Part shown: positions 18,509 through 26,773 of the stretch, one piece after another
Numbering within the stretch: position 1 is the stretch's first letter
Layout of the letters: each line of letters opens with the position of its first letter
DNA from: an uncultured virus (IMG/VR IMGVR_UViG_3300045747_000172)
Lineage: Duplodnaviria > Heunggongvirae > Uroviricota > Caudoviricetes
IMG/VR virus record: IMGVR_UViG_3300045747_000172
DNA: 64,000 nt
Direction: 5' to 3' (one strand)
Position numbers and translations under genes: made by a program
The notes under the pieces: model-generated
Database searches by the model: none
What the model saw: only the letters and a program-made list of their open reading frames with translations
Told to the model about the DNA's origin: nothing

Positions 18509-18880
18509 ATGCTCACCACATTCAAGCCCTTCGCCTTCTCCGGCGTCAACGACGCCGTGCTGCTGGCCGCAGCCGGGTACGTTCACCAGTTCTTCCCGGC
18601 CACCTGGGAAGACATCGGCGGTCCCGAGAGCGGCCCCAAGCTCTCCGGTCACCCGGACACGCATGTCTGGTTCCTCACCGGCGCCACCAGCACTCACGAG
18701 ATCATCGTGGTGGATGGGATGGTCGTCGAAGTCCAGGACACGCCACTCAGCCCCGAGGAGGCCGAGTGGGCTGTCATGACCCAGGAAGACCGCGCCGCCT
18801 TCGGGGGCACCTTCGACGGGTACCTGGCCTACACCACTGGCCACTACGACGAGTTCTTCAGCCAGCACCACACTGCCTAA
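18509..18880 (+). CDS. Early hypothetical protein (acidic)
   Basis: CAGGAG RBS; 123 aa with C-ending codons. Confidence 0.75.
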   Translation: MLTTFKPFAFSGVNDAVLLAAAGYVHQFFPATWEDIGGPESGPKLSGHPDTHVWFLTGATSTHEIIVVDGMVVEVQDTPLSPEEAEWAVMTQEDRAAFGGTFDGYLAYTTGHYDEFFSQHHTA

Positions 18881-18905
18881 CACCACGCCACCACAGGAGA
18901 CCAAC

Positions 18906-19442
18906 ATGACCCGTGCTACTCACCAACGCGCCACCAAGGACTACCCCAACAACGGCATCAAGAAGGGTGACATGTACTACAAGTGGGAGTTCCGCTTCGG
19001 CGGTACCTTCCGCAGCCTCACGCCCCCGCGTCCGAGCCAGCTGACCCAATCCAAGATGAGCGGTGCCCTGGCCGCCGGTGAGGCCCTCGACGACGCCCTG
19101 GGCGCTGCCACCACCATCGAGGACATCATCAGCGCCATCGAGGAGGCCATCGGCTCCATCGAAGAGGTGCGCGACGAGTACCAGGAAGGCCTGGACAACA
19201 TGCCCGAGGGCCTCCAGCAGAGCTCCAGCGGCGAGGCCATCCAGGAGAAGATCGACGGCCTCCAGGGCTGGGTGGACGACCTCGAGAGCGCCAAGGGCGA
19301 GGTCGAGCAGCTGGACGCCTCCGACTACGAGGCCAAGGAGGGCGTCAAGGAAGCCACCACCTTCGATGACCTCAGCGAGGACGGCCAGGGCGAGATGCTC
19401 GACGCTGCCCGCAACGAGGTCGACACCAGCTGCCCCGTCTGA
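18906..19442 (+). CDS. Early, highly acidic helical protein
   Basis: CAGGAG RBS; EYQEGLDNMPEGLQQS; D/E-rich C-terminal two-thirds. Confidence 0.8.
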   Translation: MTRATHQRATKDYPNNGIKKGDMYYKWEFRFGGTFRSLTPPRPSQLTQSKMSGALAAGEALDDALGAATTIEDIISAIEEAIGSIEEVRDEYQEGLDNMPEGLQQSSSGEAIQEKIDGLQGWVDDLESAKGEVEQLDASDYEAKEGVKEATTFDDLSEDGQGEMLDAARNEVDTSCPV

Positions 19443-19507
19443 CACCCATGAAGCAACTCCGTAACTCACTCAGCTCCTACTTCAACCCCGACCACAAGGA
19501 CACTGCC

Positions 19508-20557
19508 ATGACCACCGCCAACACCCCCGTCGCCGCCCTCGCCGCTGCCGTCGCTGCCACTGTCCCGGCCGCGAAGACGCCCACCGTGCACTCGACCCTG
19601 CCGAGCGGCATCACCAAGAAGACGACCAGGTACAACGCCGACCCCCGCCGCATCACGTTCCGCGCTGACTGGAACAACCGCTTCGACATGGGTGACATCC
19701 GCGCCCTGGCCGACGGCATCCGCACGACGCTGGAGCGTGACCCCGCCCGGCCGTTCGCCAGCGACATGGACGTCAAGCGCATCCCCGCCGGCGACCCGCG
19801 TGCCAAGAAGCACGACTTCGAGGTCGTGGCTGGCCATCGCCGCCTGCTCGCCACGCAAATGCTGATGAAGGACGGTGTGTTCTTCCCGGAGGGGGTGAAC
19901 ATCAACCTGGTTGCCGCCAACCAGAGCGACCTGGACAGCACCATCATGCTGTTCAACGAGAACAACCAGAAGCCGCTCCTGCCGCTCGAGGAGGCAGCCG
20001 CCTTCAAGCGCCTGCGCGACTTCAACATGACCATCCTCCAGATCGCCAAGGCCGTCGGCAAGTCGGATGTCCACGTGACCGACACGCTGGCGCTGCTCGA
20101 GGCCGACCAGGAGGTCCAGGACGCGATCAAGGACGGCAGCGTGGGTGCCACCATGGGCAAGGCCATCGCCGCCACCGCCCGTGGCGACAAGGAACTCCAG
20201 AAGGACATGCTCAAGGATGCCAAGGCCGCTAAGGGCAAGGACGCCAGTGCCAAGGCCGCGAAGGCCCGCCTGCTGAAGAAGCTGGAGGCCAAGAAGCAGG
20301 CCAAGGCCGCAGCCAAGGGCAAGGTGCTCAAGCTGAAGCCGATCGACGCGGTGGACCTCAGCGACCTCGGGCTGAAGATGGCCCATCTGCTCGAGGCGAA
20401 GGCCAAGGAAGCCAAGTGGGCGTACGACGGCAAGGACTGGGCTGCCCTGTTCGAGCTCGTCAAGAAGGATGAGGGCATGGCCGCCGCCTTCACTCTGGGT
20501 GCCCTGGCCGCCTGCCACGTGGTCGCCGGCACCAAGGGCATTGACCTCGACATCTAG
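19508..20557 (+). CDS. ParB/Spo0J-like protein
   Basis: VVAGHRRL, ENNQKPLLPLEEA and HTH TILQIAKAVGKS. Confidence 0.85.
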   Translation: MTTANTPVAALAAAVAATVPAAKTPTVHSTLPSGITKKTTRYNADPRRITFRADWNNRFDMGDIRALADGIRTTLERDPARPFASDMDVKRIPAGDPRAKKHDFEVVAGHRRLLATQMLMKDGVFFPEGVNINLVAANQSDLDSTIMLFNENNQKPLLPLEEAAAFKRLRDFNMTILQIAKAVGKSDVHVTDTLALLEADQEVQDAIKDGSVGATMGKAIAATARGDKELQKDMLKDAKAAKGKDASAKAAKARLLKKLEAKKQAKAAAKGKVLKLKPIDAVDLSDLGLKMAHLLEAKAKEAKWAYDGKDWAALFELVKKDEGMAAAFTLGALAACHVVAGTKGIDLDI

Positions 20558-20566
20558 TCTCCTCCT

Positions 20567-20630
20567 GTGGCCCCCTCGGGGGGCACTTCACACCCACCGC
20601 GCGGTCCTGCTGCCCGGTGGGTTTTTTTTT
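20567..20630 (+). terminator. Tandem hairpins ending in a rho-independent terminator
   Basis: GCCCCC/GGGGGC hairpin, then ACCCACCG...CGGTGGGT followed by T9. Confidence 0.85.
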
Positions 20631-20632
20631 GC

Positions 20633-20662
20633 TTGCGAACTGTCTCCTTTCTGTCTTATCAT
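20633..20662 (+). promoter_or_regulatory. Sigma70-type promoter
   Basis: TTGCGA-N18-TATCAT; flanks (TTCTGTCT, GGCTTCGCC) are shared with the promoter at 18444. Confidence 0.65.
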
Positions 20663-20698
20663 CGGCTTCGCCGATTAGGCAACACAGGAGAAACCAAC

Positions 20699-21037
20699 AT
20701 GACCACCGCCACCGCCACCCGCAAGCCGCTGCCCTCGCAACTCCGCGCCATCGCCCAGTTCAAGGCCTTCATGGAGTCGCAGCTGGACAAGAACCCCGAG
20801 CGCAAGGACACGCTGGTCAAGTTCGAGACCACGCCCACCGACTACGGGTGCTTCTGGGTCCTGGCCGAGACGGACATGCTGGGCCTGGGCGAGAACAACC
20901 TCCTCCGCTTCCTCGACCGCCAACACTGGTACGTCCAGATCGGCCGCGGGGGCAGCATCACCGTCTGGTCCTCGCCCAAGCACTTCCACCAGTTCAAGGG
21001 CAAGCGCGCCTACTGCATGAACTTCAAGAAGATCTGA
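20699..21037 (+). CDS. Early hypothetical protein
   Basis: CAGGAG RBS; MTTATATRKPLP... Confidence 0.75.
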   Translation: MTTATATRKPLPSQLRAIAQFKAFMESQLDKNPERKDTLVKFETTPTDYGCFWVLAETDMLGLGENNLLRFLDRQHWYVQIGRGGSITVWSSPKHFHQFKGKRAYCMNFKKI

Positions 21038-21066
21038 ACCCCACCTAGCCACCACAGGAGCACACC

Positions 21067-21738
21067 ATGAGCCGCCAAACCACTTCCGACCTCACCGTCT
21101 TCATCCCCGAGTTCGACGCCTTCCACGCCGGCAGCGGGTCCATGCACATCCCAGTCAGCGTCCACGGGTTCTGGAGCGACACCATCAGCATCTACGTCCG
21201 CCGCAACAGCCACTGGACTGTGGACCGCGACGTGCGCCCGGCAGCCACCTGGGAGGTCGAGATCACCCACAGCAGCGGTGGCCGCGACACCGACGAGGTC
21301 AAGGATGACGTCCTCGCCCATGAGTACTTCGCCCACGCGGTGCTGGCCGCCTGCCACCTGGCCCGCAAGATCCGCAGCGACGTCGACCGCCTCGAGAAGG
21401 TGTACCAGGAGCGTCAGGCCAAGGAGCAGGAGGCACTGGATGCTGAGAAGGCAGTCCAGGCAGCTGCCGCTGCTGCTGACAAGCCGCTCGGCCTGGGCAC
21501 TGCGACCTCCTGGGTGGACGACATGGCCGACAGCTGCCTGAGCGCGCGTGGGCCCCAGCCCGCTGTCAAGACCTACGACCTGGGTGAGCTCAAGCGCGCC
21601 GAGAACTTCGTCGCCAAGAAGGGCCGGGACGGCACTGTCCGCTTCTTCACCAGCTACGGCACGAGCATCGCCCGCAAGGCGCTGATCACCAAGCTCGCCG
21701 CCAGCAGCGCCCGTAGCGTCCGTTTCGCGCAGGAGTGA
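21067..21738 (+). CDS. Early hypothetical protein
   Basis: CAGGAG RBS; 223 aa. Confidence 0.75.
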   Translation: MSRQTTSDLTVFIPEFDAFHAGSGSMHIPVSVHGFWSDTISIYVRRNSHWTVDRDVRPAATWEVEITHSSGGRDTDEVKDDVLAHEYFAHAVLAACHLARKIRSDVDRLEKVYQERQAKEQEALDAEKAVQAAAAAADKPLGLGTATSWVDDMADSCLSARGPQPAVKTYDLGELKRAENFVAKKGRDGTVRFFTSYGTSIARKALITKLAASSARSVRFAQE

Positions 21739-22019
21739 GCACCATGACGCACCATCGCTTCCTGCGCGTCGTCGCCAACCCTTCAGCCGACCAGATCGTC
21801 CGCGCCAGTGGCGGTCTGTGCTGCACGCTGCCGATCGGCCATGAGGTCCAGTGCTGGCACCACGGGGAGGACGGGCCGATGCTCGAGCTCCACGATCTCC
21901 GGGGGCCGACGTATATCCGTGACCAGTTCTTCTTCTCCTGGGGCCACATGGCCGAGTGGTTCCAGCTGGAGATGATGTCCGACTTCCACCTCGAAATCAA
22001 CCAGGAGTGAGCACCATGA
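21730..22019 (+). repeat. Exact 18 bp direct repeat CAGGAGTGAGCACCATGA
   Basis: Copies at 21730-21747 and 22002-22019. Confidence 0.9.
21735..22010 (+). CDS. Hypothetical protein flanked by 18 bp direct repeats
   Basis: Start at GTG 21735 or ATG 21744; repeats at 21730 and 22002. Confidence 0.6.
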   Translation: MSTMTHHRFLRVVANPSADQIVRASGGLCCTLPIGHEVQCWHHGEDGPMLELHDLRGPTYIRDQFFFSWGHMAEWFQLEMMSDFHLEINQE

Positions 22020-22312
22020 GAACAGCCGCCAAGATCATCCGCCTCAAGCCCACCGAGGGCTTCGAGAAGCGCGTAGCACGCCGCCGTGCCCGCTTCGCCA
22101 ACATCACCCTCGCGCAACTCCGCCAGCGTGAGCTCGCCTGGGTGCTCTACATCAGCGAGGGCTACATCGCCAACCTGGAGCACGCCCTCCGCGTCAACTG
22201 CGTCACCTTCGAGAACGCAGACCACGACGCGGTCACCGACCTCATCTCCACCGTCCGTGACGCCACGGACACCTTCCGCGCTTCCCTCAACTCCATCACC
22301 AAGGACCTCTGA
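22016..22312 (+). CDS. Hypothetical protein
   Basis: MRTAAKIIRLKP... after an AGGAG RBS. Confidence 0.65.
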   Translation: MRTAAKIIRLKPTEGFEKRVARRRARFANITLAQLRQRELAWVLYISEGYIANLEHALRVNCVTFENADHDAVTDLISTVRDATDTFRASLNSITKDL

Positions 22313-22314
22313 TC

Positions 22315-22620
22315 ATGGCCACCAAGCTCACCGCTTCCCTCCAAGTCGAGACCGTCACCCTCGGCCTCCGCCTCGCCATCCAGCACGCCTCCGAGGCGTT
22401 CATCGAGTCACCCAGTGCCAGCAACTGGACCAGGCTCGAACACGCCATGCACGCCTGGCAGCAGTACAACGGTCCCGAGAAGACCATGCACGCCGAGCAC
22501 CTCTACGTCAAGGTCGGCATCGGCCAGTGGGTCGAGCACCTCCACGGGGTCCAGATGCGCGAGATGAAGGCGCTGAAGGGTGCCCTGAGCGCCACCATCA
22601 CCGTCGGCCGCAAGGCCTGA
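22315..22620 (+). CDS. Hypothetical protein
   Basis: 101 aa with operon-like spacing. Confidence 0.65.
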   Translation: MATKLTASLQVETVTLGLRLAIQHASEAFIESPSASNWTRLEHAMHAWQQYNGPEKTMHAEHLYVKVGIGQWVEHLHGVQMREMKALKGALSATITVGRKA

Positions 22621-22655
22621 GCCCCCCCCCCTCACCAACTTCCCTAGGAGATACC

Positions 22656-23735
22656 ATGAGCCACGAACTCTACCGCGCCAAGGCCACCGGCAAGATCGAA
22701 ATGGCATACGCTGGTGCCACGCCCTGGCACAGTCTCGGCCAGCTGGTCCAGCCCGGCGCCACCATCGACCAGTGGCTGGAAGCCACGGGCATGGACCAGT
22801 GGACTGTCCGCCGTGTCAAGCCGCACTACTACGCAGACCGCGCCGGCACGGACCTGCGCACCGACGATGACATGGTCTTCCTGATCCGCAGCGACAGCGG
22901 TGAGAAGCTGGGCTACGTCAGCGCCGACTACAACGTCGTCCAGCCCCGGGAGATGCTGACCTTCTTCAATGACCTCGTTGCCGGCAGCGGCTTCGAGCTC
23001 GAGACGGCTGGGATCCTCTTCGGTGGCAAGAAGTTCTGGGCACTCGCCAAGATCACCCAGGCGGTGCTCAGTGGCTGGGACAACATCGGTGCCTATGTGC
23101 TGCTCAGCAGCAGCGCCGACGGCAGCCGGGCCACCGAGGGCCGGGAGACGGTCACGCGTGTGGTCTGCCACAACACGATCTCCATGGCGTGGGCGGAGGA
23201 GACCGACAAGATCATCCGCATCAGCCACCGCGAGCGGTTCGACCACAAGAAGGTCCAGGCGAAGCTGGGCTTGGTGGCAGACCACTTCGACCAGTTCGTC
23301 GAGGCAGCCAATGCCCTGTCCAAGGCCAAGGTGAGCGAGGCCGCCGCCGAGGACTTCATCCTCCAGCTGCTCCGCCCCTCGAAGGATGCCATGGCGATGA
23401 TCGCCAGCGAGGCGCCTGCTGACTCGCTGCAGGCGTTGTTGCAGCGCGAAGGCTACAAGCCCAAGGACGAGGCATCAGACGACCTCGAATCGCTGCTGCG
23501 CCGGCCGCGTGGCGCTGACGACATTCTCAACCTGTTCCTGGGTGCCGGGGAAGGGTCGAGCCGCAAGGGTGCCAAGGGCACGGCCTGGGGCCTCGTCAAC
23601 GCAGTCACCGAGTACGTGGACCACCACGCCTCGGCCAAGTCCGTGGACCACCTGCTGGAGCGCGCCTACTGGGGCAGTGGCGCGGAACTCAAGCAGGACG
23701 CGATGACCTTGGCAGTCGCCGAGTTCGGCGCCTAA
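22656..23735 (+). CDS. DUF932-like phage/plasmid protein
   Basis: MSHEL...MAYAGATPWHSLG, YNVVQP, ETAG, RVVCHNT and GTAWGLVNAVTEYVDH. Confidence 0.85.
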   Translation: MSHELYRAKATGKIEMAYAGATPWHSLGQLVQPGATIDQWLEATGMDQWTVRRVKPHYYADRAGTDLRTDDDMVFLIRSDSGEKLGYVSADYNVVQPREMLTFFNDLVAGSGFELETAGILFGGKKFWALAKITQAVLSGWDNIGAYVLLSSSADGSRATEGRETVTRVVCHNTISMAWAEETDKIIRISHRERFDHKKVQAKLGLVADHFDQFVEAANALSKAKVSEAAAEDFILQLLRPSKDAMAMIASEAPADSLQALLQREGYKPKDEASDDLESLLRRPRGADDILNLFLGAGEGSSRKGAKGTAWGLVNAVTEYVDHHASAKSVDHLLERAYWGSGAELKQDAMTLAVAEFGA

Positions 23736-23793
23736 CATCAACCCCGGGCAGCGTATGTATGCGCTGCCCATTCCTTTGTTCCAGGAGAACACC

Positions 23794-24330
23794 ATGACCA
23801 TCACACTCGCTGAACCCGACGCCCTGCCGCCGCTGCACAAGGCGATCTACAGCACCAAGACCTACCCCAACGACCGCGGCCTCTCGTGCTGCTTCCGCCA
23901 GTGGAGGGCTGAGAGCCACTGCCGCCTGCTGCACGGCTACAGCCTCGGCTTCAAGTTCACCTTCGCTGCCAATGCGGTGGATGAACGCGGCTGGGTGGTG
24001 GACTTCGGTGGCCTCAAGGACCTGTGGGCGCTGCTCGAGGGCCAGTTCGACCACGTGCTGCTCGTGGCGGAGGACGACCCCGCCCGTGCGTACCTCGAGG
24101 TCCTCGGCGGCCTGGGCATGCGCCACTCGCCCAACTTCGATGACGACAAGCGCATCCCACCGGCTGCCAAGGTGCTAATCGTGCCGGCCACGGGCTGCGA
24201 AGCCTTTGCCCGCATGGTCTATGACGCCACCGAGCAGTGGCTCAAGGACGCAGGCTTCTCGCCACGGTGCTGGCTGCACAGTGTCGAGGTCAGCGAACAC
24301 GGCGCCAACAGCGTCATCTGCTTCGGTTGA
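23794..24330 (+). CDS. queD: 6-carboxytetrahydropterin synthase (PTPS fold)
   Basis: SHCRLLHGYS, WVVDFG, FDH, GCEAFA and EHGANS. Confidence 0.88.
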   Translation: MTITLAEPDALPPLHKAIYSTKTYPNDRGLSCCFRQWRAESHCRLLHGYSLGFKFTFAANAVDERGWVVDFGGLKDLWALLEGQFDHVLLVAEDDPARAYLEVLGGLGMRHSPNFDDDKRIPPAAKVLIVPATGCEAFARMVYDATEQWLKDAGFSPRCWLHSVEVSEHGANSVICFG

Positions 24331-24348
24331 ACAACCCAGGAGTCTCCC

Positions 24349-25221
24349 ATGAACAAGTTCTCACGCCTCCGCGACTTCGGCCTGGTCCTGGCCGCGTCCA
24401 ACCTGACCCTCCTCGGCGTCAGTGCCGGTTACGGGTCAGTCACCACCCTGCCCGCTGCCGTCAGCGCCACCCTGGCACTCATTGGCGTCGCCATGGTCAT
24501 CACCTCCGCCATCATGGCCCCACCGCCTGCCGTCGACATCTGGCAGTACCAGAGCAAGCTCATGGAGATCAGCGACCAGCGCCTCCCTGGCCTGCCTGAG
24601 GTCAACGAGCACACGCTGCTCTACTTCGCGCTGACGCTGGAGGAGCTCGGGGAGACTGCTACGGCACTCCACCGCGCCTTTGCCCGGGACTTCTCCCAGA
24701 AGCACGGTGAGTCCTCCATGCACGAGTTTGCCCTGGTCAACACCGTGATGCGGCTGAACGACCTCAACACGATCCTGACAGAGCAGGCTGGTGGGCTGCG
24801 CAAGAACGCCAAGCGCATGCCGGGAATGCGCATCGAGATCAGCCATGACGAGGCACGCCAGCTACTCGACGGCACCACCGACACCGCAGTCACCCTCGCG
24901 GGCCTCGGCCTGGCCTCAGGCCTGCCCAACCCTGAGGGCTACGTGGAGGTGGTGAGCAGCAACTACTCGAAGGCCAACCCGGACAGTGGCAAGATTGACA
25001 AGGACGCCACCGGCAAGTGGATCAAGGGCACCAAGTACTGTGAGCCCAATCTCGCCAAGGTGCTCGAGGCGCAGCAGCAGGCTTACTTCCGCATGCACGG
25101 CCGCGACATCGACGAACTGAACGCCCGCATGGCCGTGGAACATGCAGCGCACCGCTACGCCCACACGCGGATCACGCAGGACCGCCGCCACTACGGCATC
25201 GAACCCAAGCAGGAGGGCTGA
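24349..25221 (+). CDS. MazG-like NTP pyrophosphohydrolase with two N-terminal hydrophobic helices
   Basis: LEELGE, LLDGTTD, EVVSSNYSK and KDATGKWIKG..Y.EPNL. Confidence 0.7.
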   Translation: MNKFSRLRDFGLVLAASNLTLLGVSAGYGSVTTLPAAVSATLALIGVAMVITSAIMAPPPAVDIWQYQSKLMEISDQRLPGLPEVNEHTLLYFALTLEELGETATALHRAFARDFSQKHGESSMHEFALVNTVMRLNDLNTILTEQAGGLRKNAKRMPGMRIEISHDEARQLLDGTTDTAVTLAGLGLASGLPNPEGYVEVVSSNYSKANPDSGKIDKDATGKWIKGTKYCEPNLAKVLEAQQQAYFRMHGRDIDELNARMAVEHAAHRYAHTRITQDRRHYGIEPKQEG

Positions 25222-25223
25222 CC

Positions 25224-25523
25224 GTGGCCACCATTGCCGAACGGGACGACCTCTTCCGCCGCTGCTGGCGTGACACCAAGTACGTCGTGCCCGACACCGA
25301 TGCCCGTGGTCCCGCCTTTGGGGTCACTGTGCTCGGGGTCATCCAGGATCGCATCATCCGCGTCAGCGACGCTGAGCACTACATCGACTGGGTGACGTGG
25401 TGGCCAGCAACGAGGAAGTGGACGGTCACGCACACAGGCCTCGCCACTGACCCCGACGCCACTGTCGACTTCCCCGTCAACGTGACGTTCTGGCAGCCCA
25501 TGCTGCCCTTGCCCTGGATCTGA
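25224..25523 (+). CDS. Hypothetical protein
   Basis: GGAGG RBS and GTG start; ends VTFWQPMLPLP, similar to DUF551-type tails. Confidence 0.6.
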   Translation: MATIAERDDLFRRCWRDTKYVVPDTDARGPAFGVTVLGVIQDRIIRVSDAEHYIDWVTWWPATRKWTVTHTGLATDPDATVDFPVNVTFWQPMLPLPWI

Positions 25524-25550
25524 TTCGATCAGAGCCAAGCAGACCGGTAT

Positions 25551-25575
25551 ACGGCGCCTTCGTGGCGCCGTTCTC
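25551..25575 (+). terminator. Hairpin after the early operon
   Basis: ACGGCGCC-ttcgt-GGCGCCGT followed by TCT. Confidence 0.55.
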
Positions 25576-25622
25576 ATGTGCGAATTGGACATCCGCTATG
25601 CTTGAGGCGTGCGCAGGCTCTG

Positions 25623-25766
25623 GGTCTGCACGGGCAGCGCACGCAACGCTAGAGGCAGCGCGGGGCAAAGGGTTGACCGCGCTGAACCGTCTCCTCCCGC
25701 CTCTAGTGACTGAGCAGACCACCCAGCGCGCCATGCACGGCGGTTCGGCGCCTGGGTTCTTTTTCG
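25623..25766 (+). ncRNA. Candidate structured small RNA ending in a terminator
   Basis: Nested stems GGTCTGC/GCAGACC, CTAGAGGC/GCCTCTAG and CAGCGCGG/CCGCGCTG, then ACCCAG...CTGGGT plus TCTTTTT. Confidence 0.45.
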
Positions 25767-25787
25767 TACTGCCACTGAGCCACCACG

Positions 25788-26192
25788 ATGGAACTATCAC
25801 CTGCTGAGCGCGAGGAACTGAAAGGACGCTACGGCTACCGCTGCGCTTACTGCGGCAACACCCTCGGCGCCAAGTGGCACGCTGACCACGTCAAGCCGGT
25901 ACGCCGCACCATGAGCGGCAAGATGACGCTGCCCAAGCGCCACCACAAGGACAACATGATGCCTGCATGCGTGCCATGCAACATCCACAAGAGCGACTTC
26001 AACCTGGAGTCCTGGCGCAAGTGGCTAGAGGACAGCCACGACCGCTTGCAGCGCAACTACAGTGCCTTCAGGCACGCTTCTCGCTTCGGCCTCATTGAGG
26101 TCAAGCGGTCCAAGTTGGTGTTCTGGTTCGAACAGTACCAAGCACCGCGTATCCGTAACCCACTGGTGCTACCTAAGGAGCCACCGCAATGA
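25788..26192 (+). CDS. HNH endonuclease
   Basis: CAYCG, DHVKP and NMMPACVPCNIHK. Confidence 0.9.
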   Translation: MELSPAEREELKGRYGYRCAYCGNTLGAKWHADHVKPVRRTMSGKMTLPKRHHKDNMMPACVPCNIHKSDFNLESWRKWLEDSHDRLQRNYSAFRHASRFGLIEVKRSKLVFWFEQYQAPRIRNPLVLPKEPPQ

Positions 26193-26707
26193 ACATCTAC
26201 CGTCAACTCACGCAGTATGACAGCCTACTTGCTTGCATCGCCACGACGCTACAAGCGCCGATCGAGGACCTCTTCCCGAGTGAGTTCCGTGCGTACATCG
26301 AACAGGTGAAAGGCTGCTACGGGCGTGAGGTCAACCAGGCCTTCAACTTCGCTGCACTCAATCCGGGCACGGACTATCACTGCGTGCACATTCCCAGCGG
26401 CATGGCCAACAGCCGCACTGTGATTCAACTGCTCCAGGGCCGCCGTGCGATCATTCAGGTACCGTCCTTGAACATCGTGGGCAGTGTGCACCACGTGTTC
26501 TGGGCTGGTGAGGTACTATACGACCTCAGCCGACTCCAGAACTACAGCACGCTCGACCAGCTGGTCATGCAGTTCGTGTGGGTGTTCGAGGAACGTCCCA
26601 TGTGGCGTAAGCCTGCCCTGGCACACCCGAACGAGCTCGCACCGAGTGCGGCCAGCTACGCGGCAGAGGCGGCGCTGCGTGCCCAGATGGGACCGAGCAC
26701 TTCCTAA
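26189..26707 (+). CDS. Hypothetical protein, C39/papain-like peptidase-like
   Basis: RQLTQYDSLLACIA and HHVFWAGEVLYD resemble C39-type Q..DC..AC and H...D motifs. Confidence 0.5.
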   Translation: MNIYRQLTQYDSLLACIATTLQAPIEDLFPSEFRAYIEQVKGCYGREVNQAFNFAALNPGTDYHCVHIPSGMANSRTVIQLLQGRRAIIQVPSLNIVGSVHHVFWAGEVLYDLSRLQNYSTLDQLVMQFVWVFEERPMWRKPALAHPNELAPSAASYAAEAALRAQMGPSTS

Positions 26708-26773
26708 GTACCAGAAGTACCACCACCCGGTACACCCGGTACACCATTTCCTTTACCGCCTAGGAAAATTCCA

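Noticed and set aside
22086..22655. N-terminal extension of the 549 aa ORF
   Set aside because: It overlaps two better-supported genes. The RBS and family-like start are at 22656.
25623..25720. tRNA gene
   Set aside because: No cloverleaf, TTC loop in the right context or CCA end; kept only as a generic ncRNA candidate.
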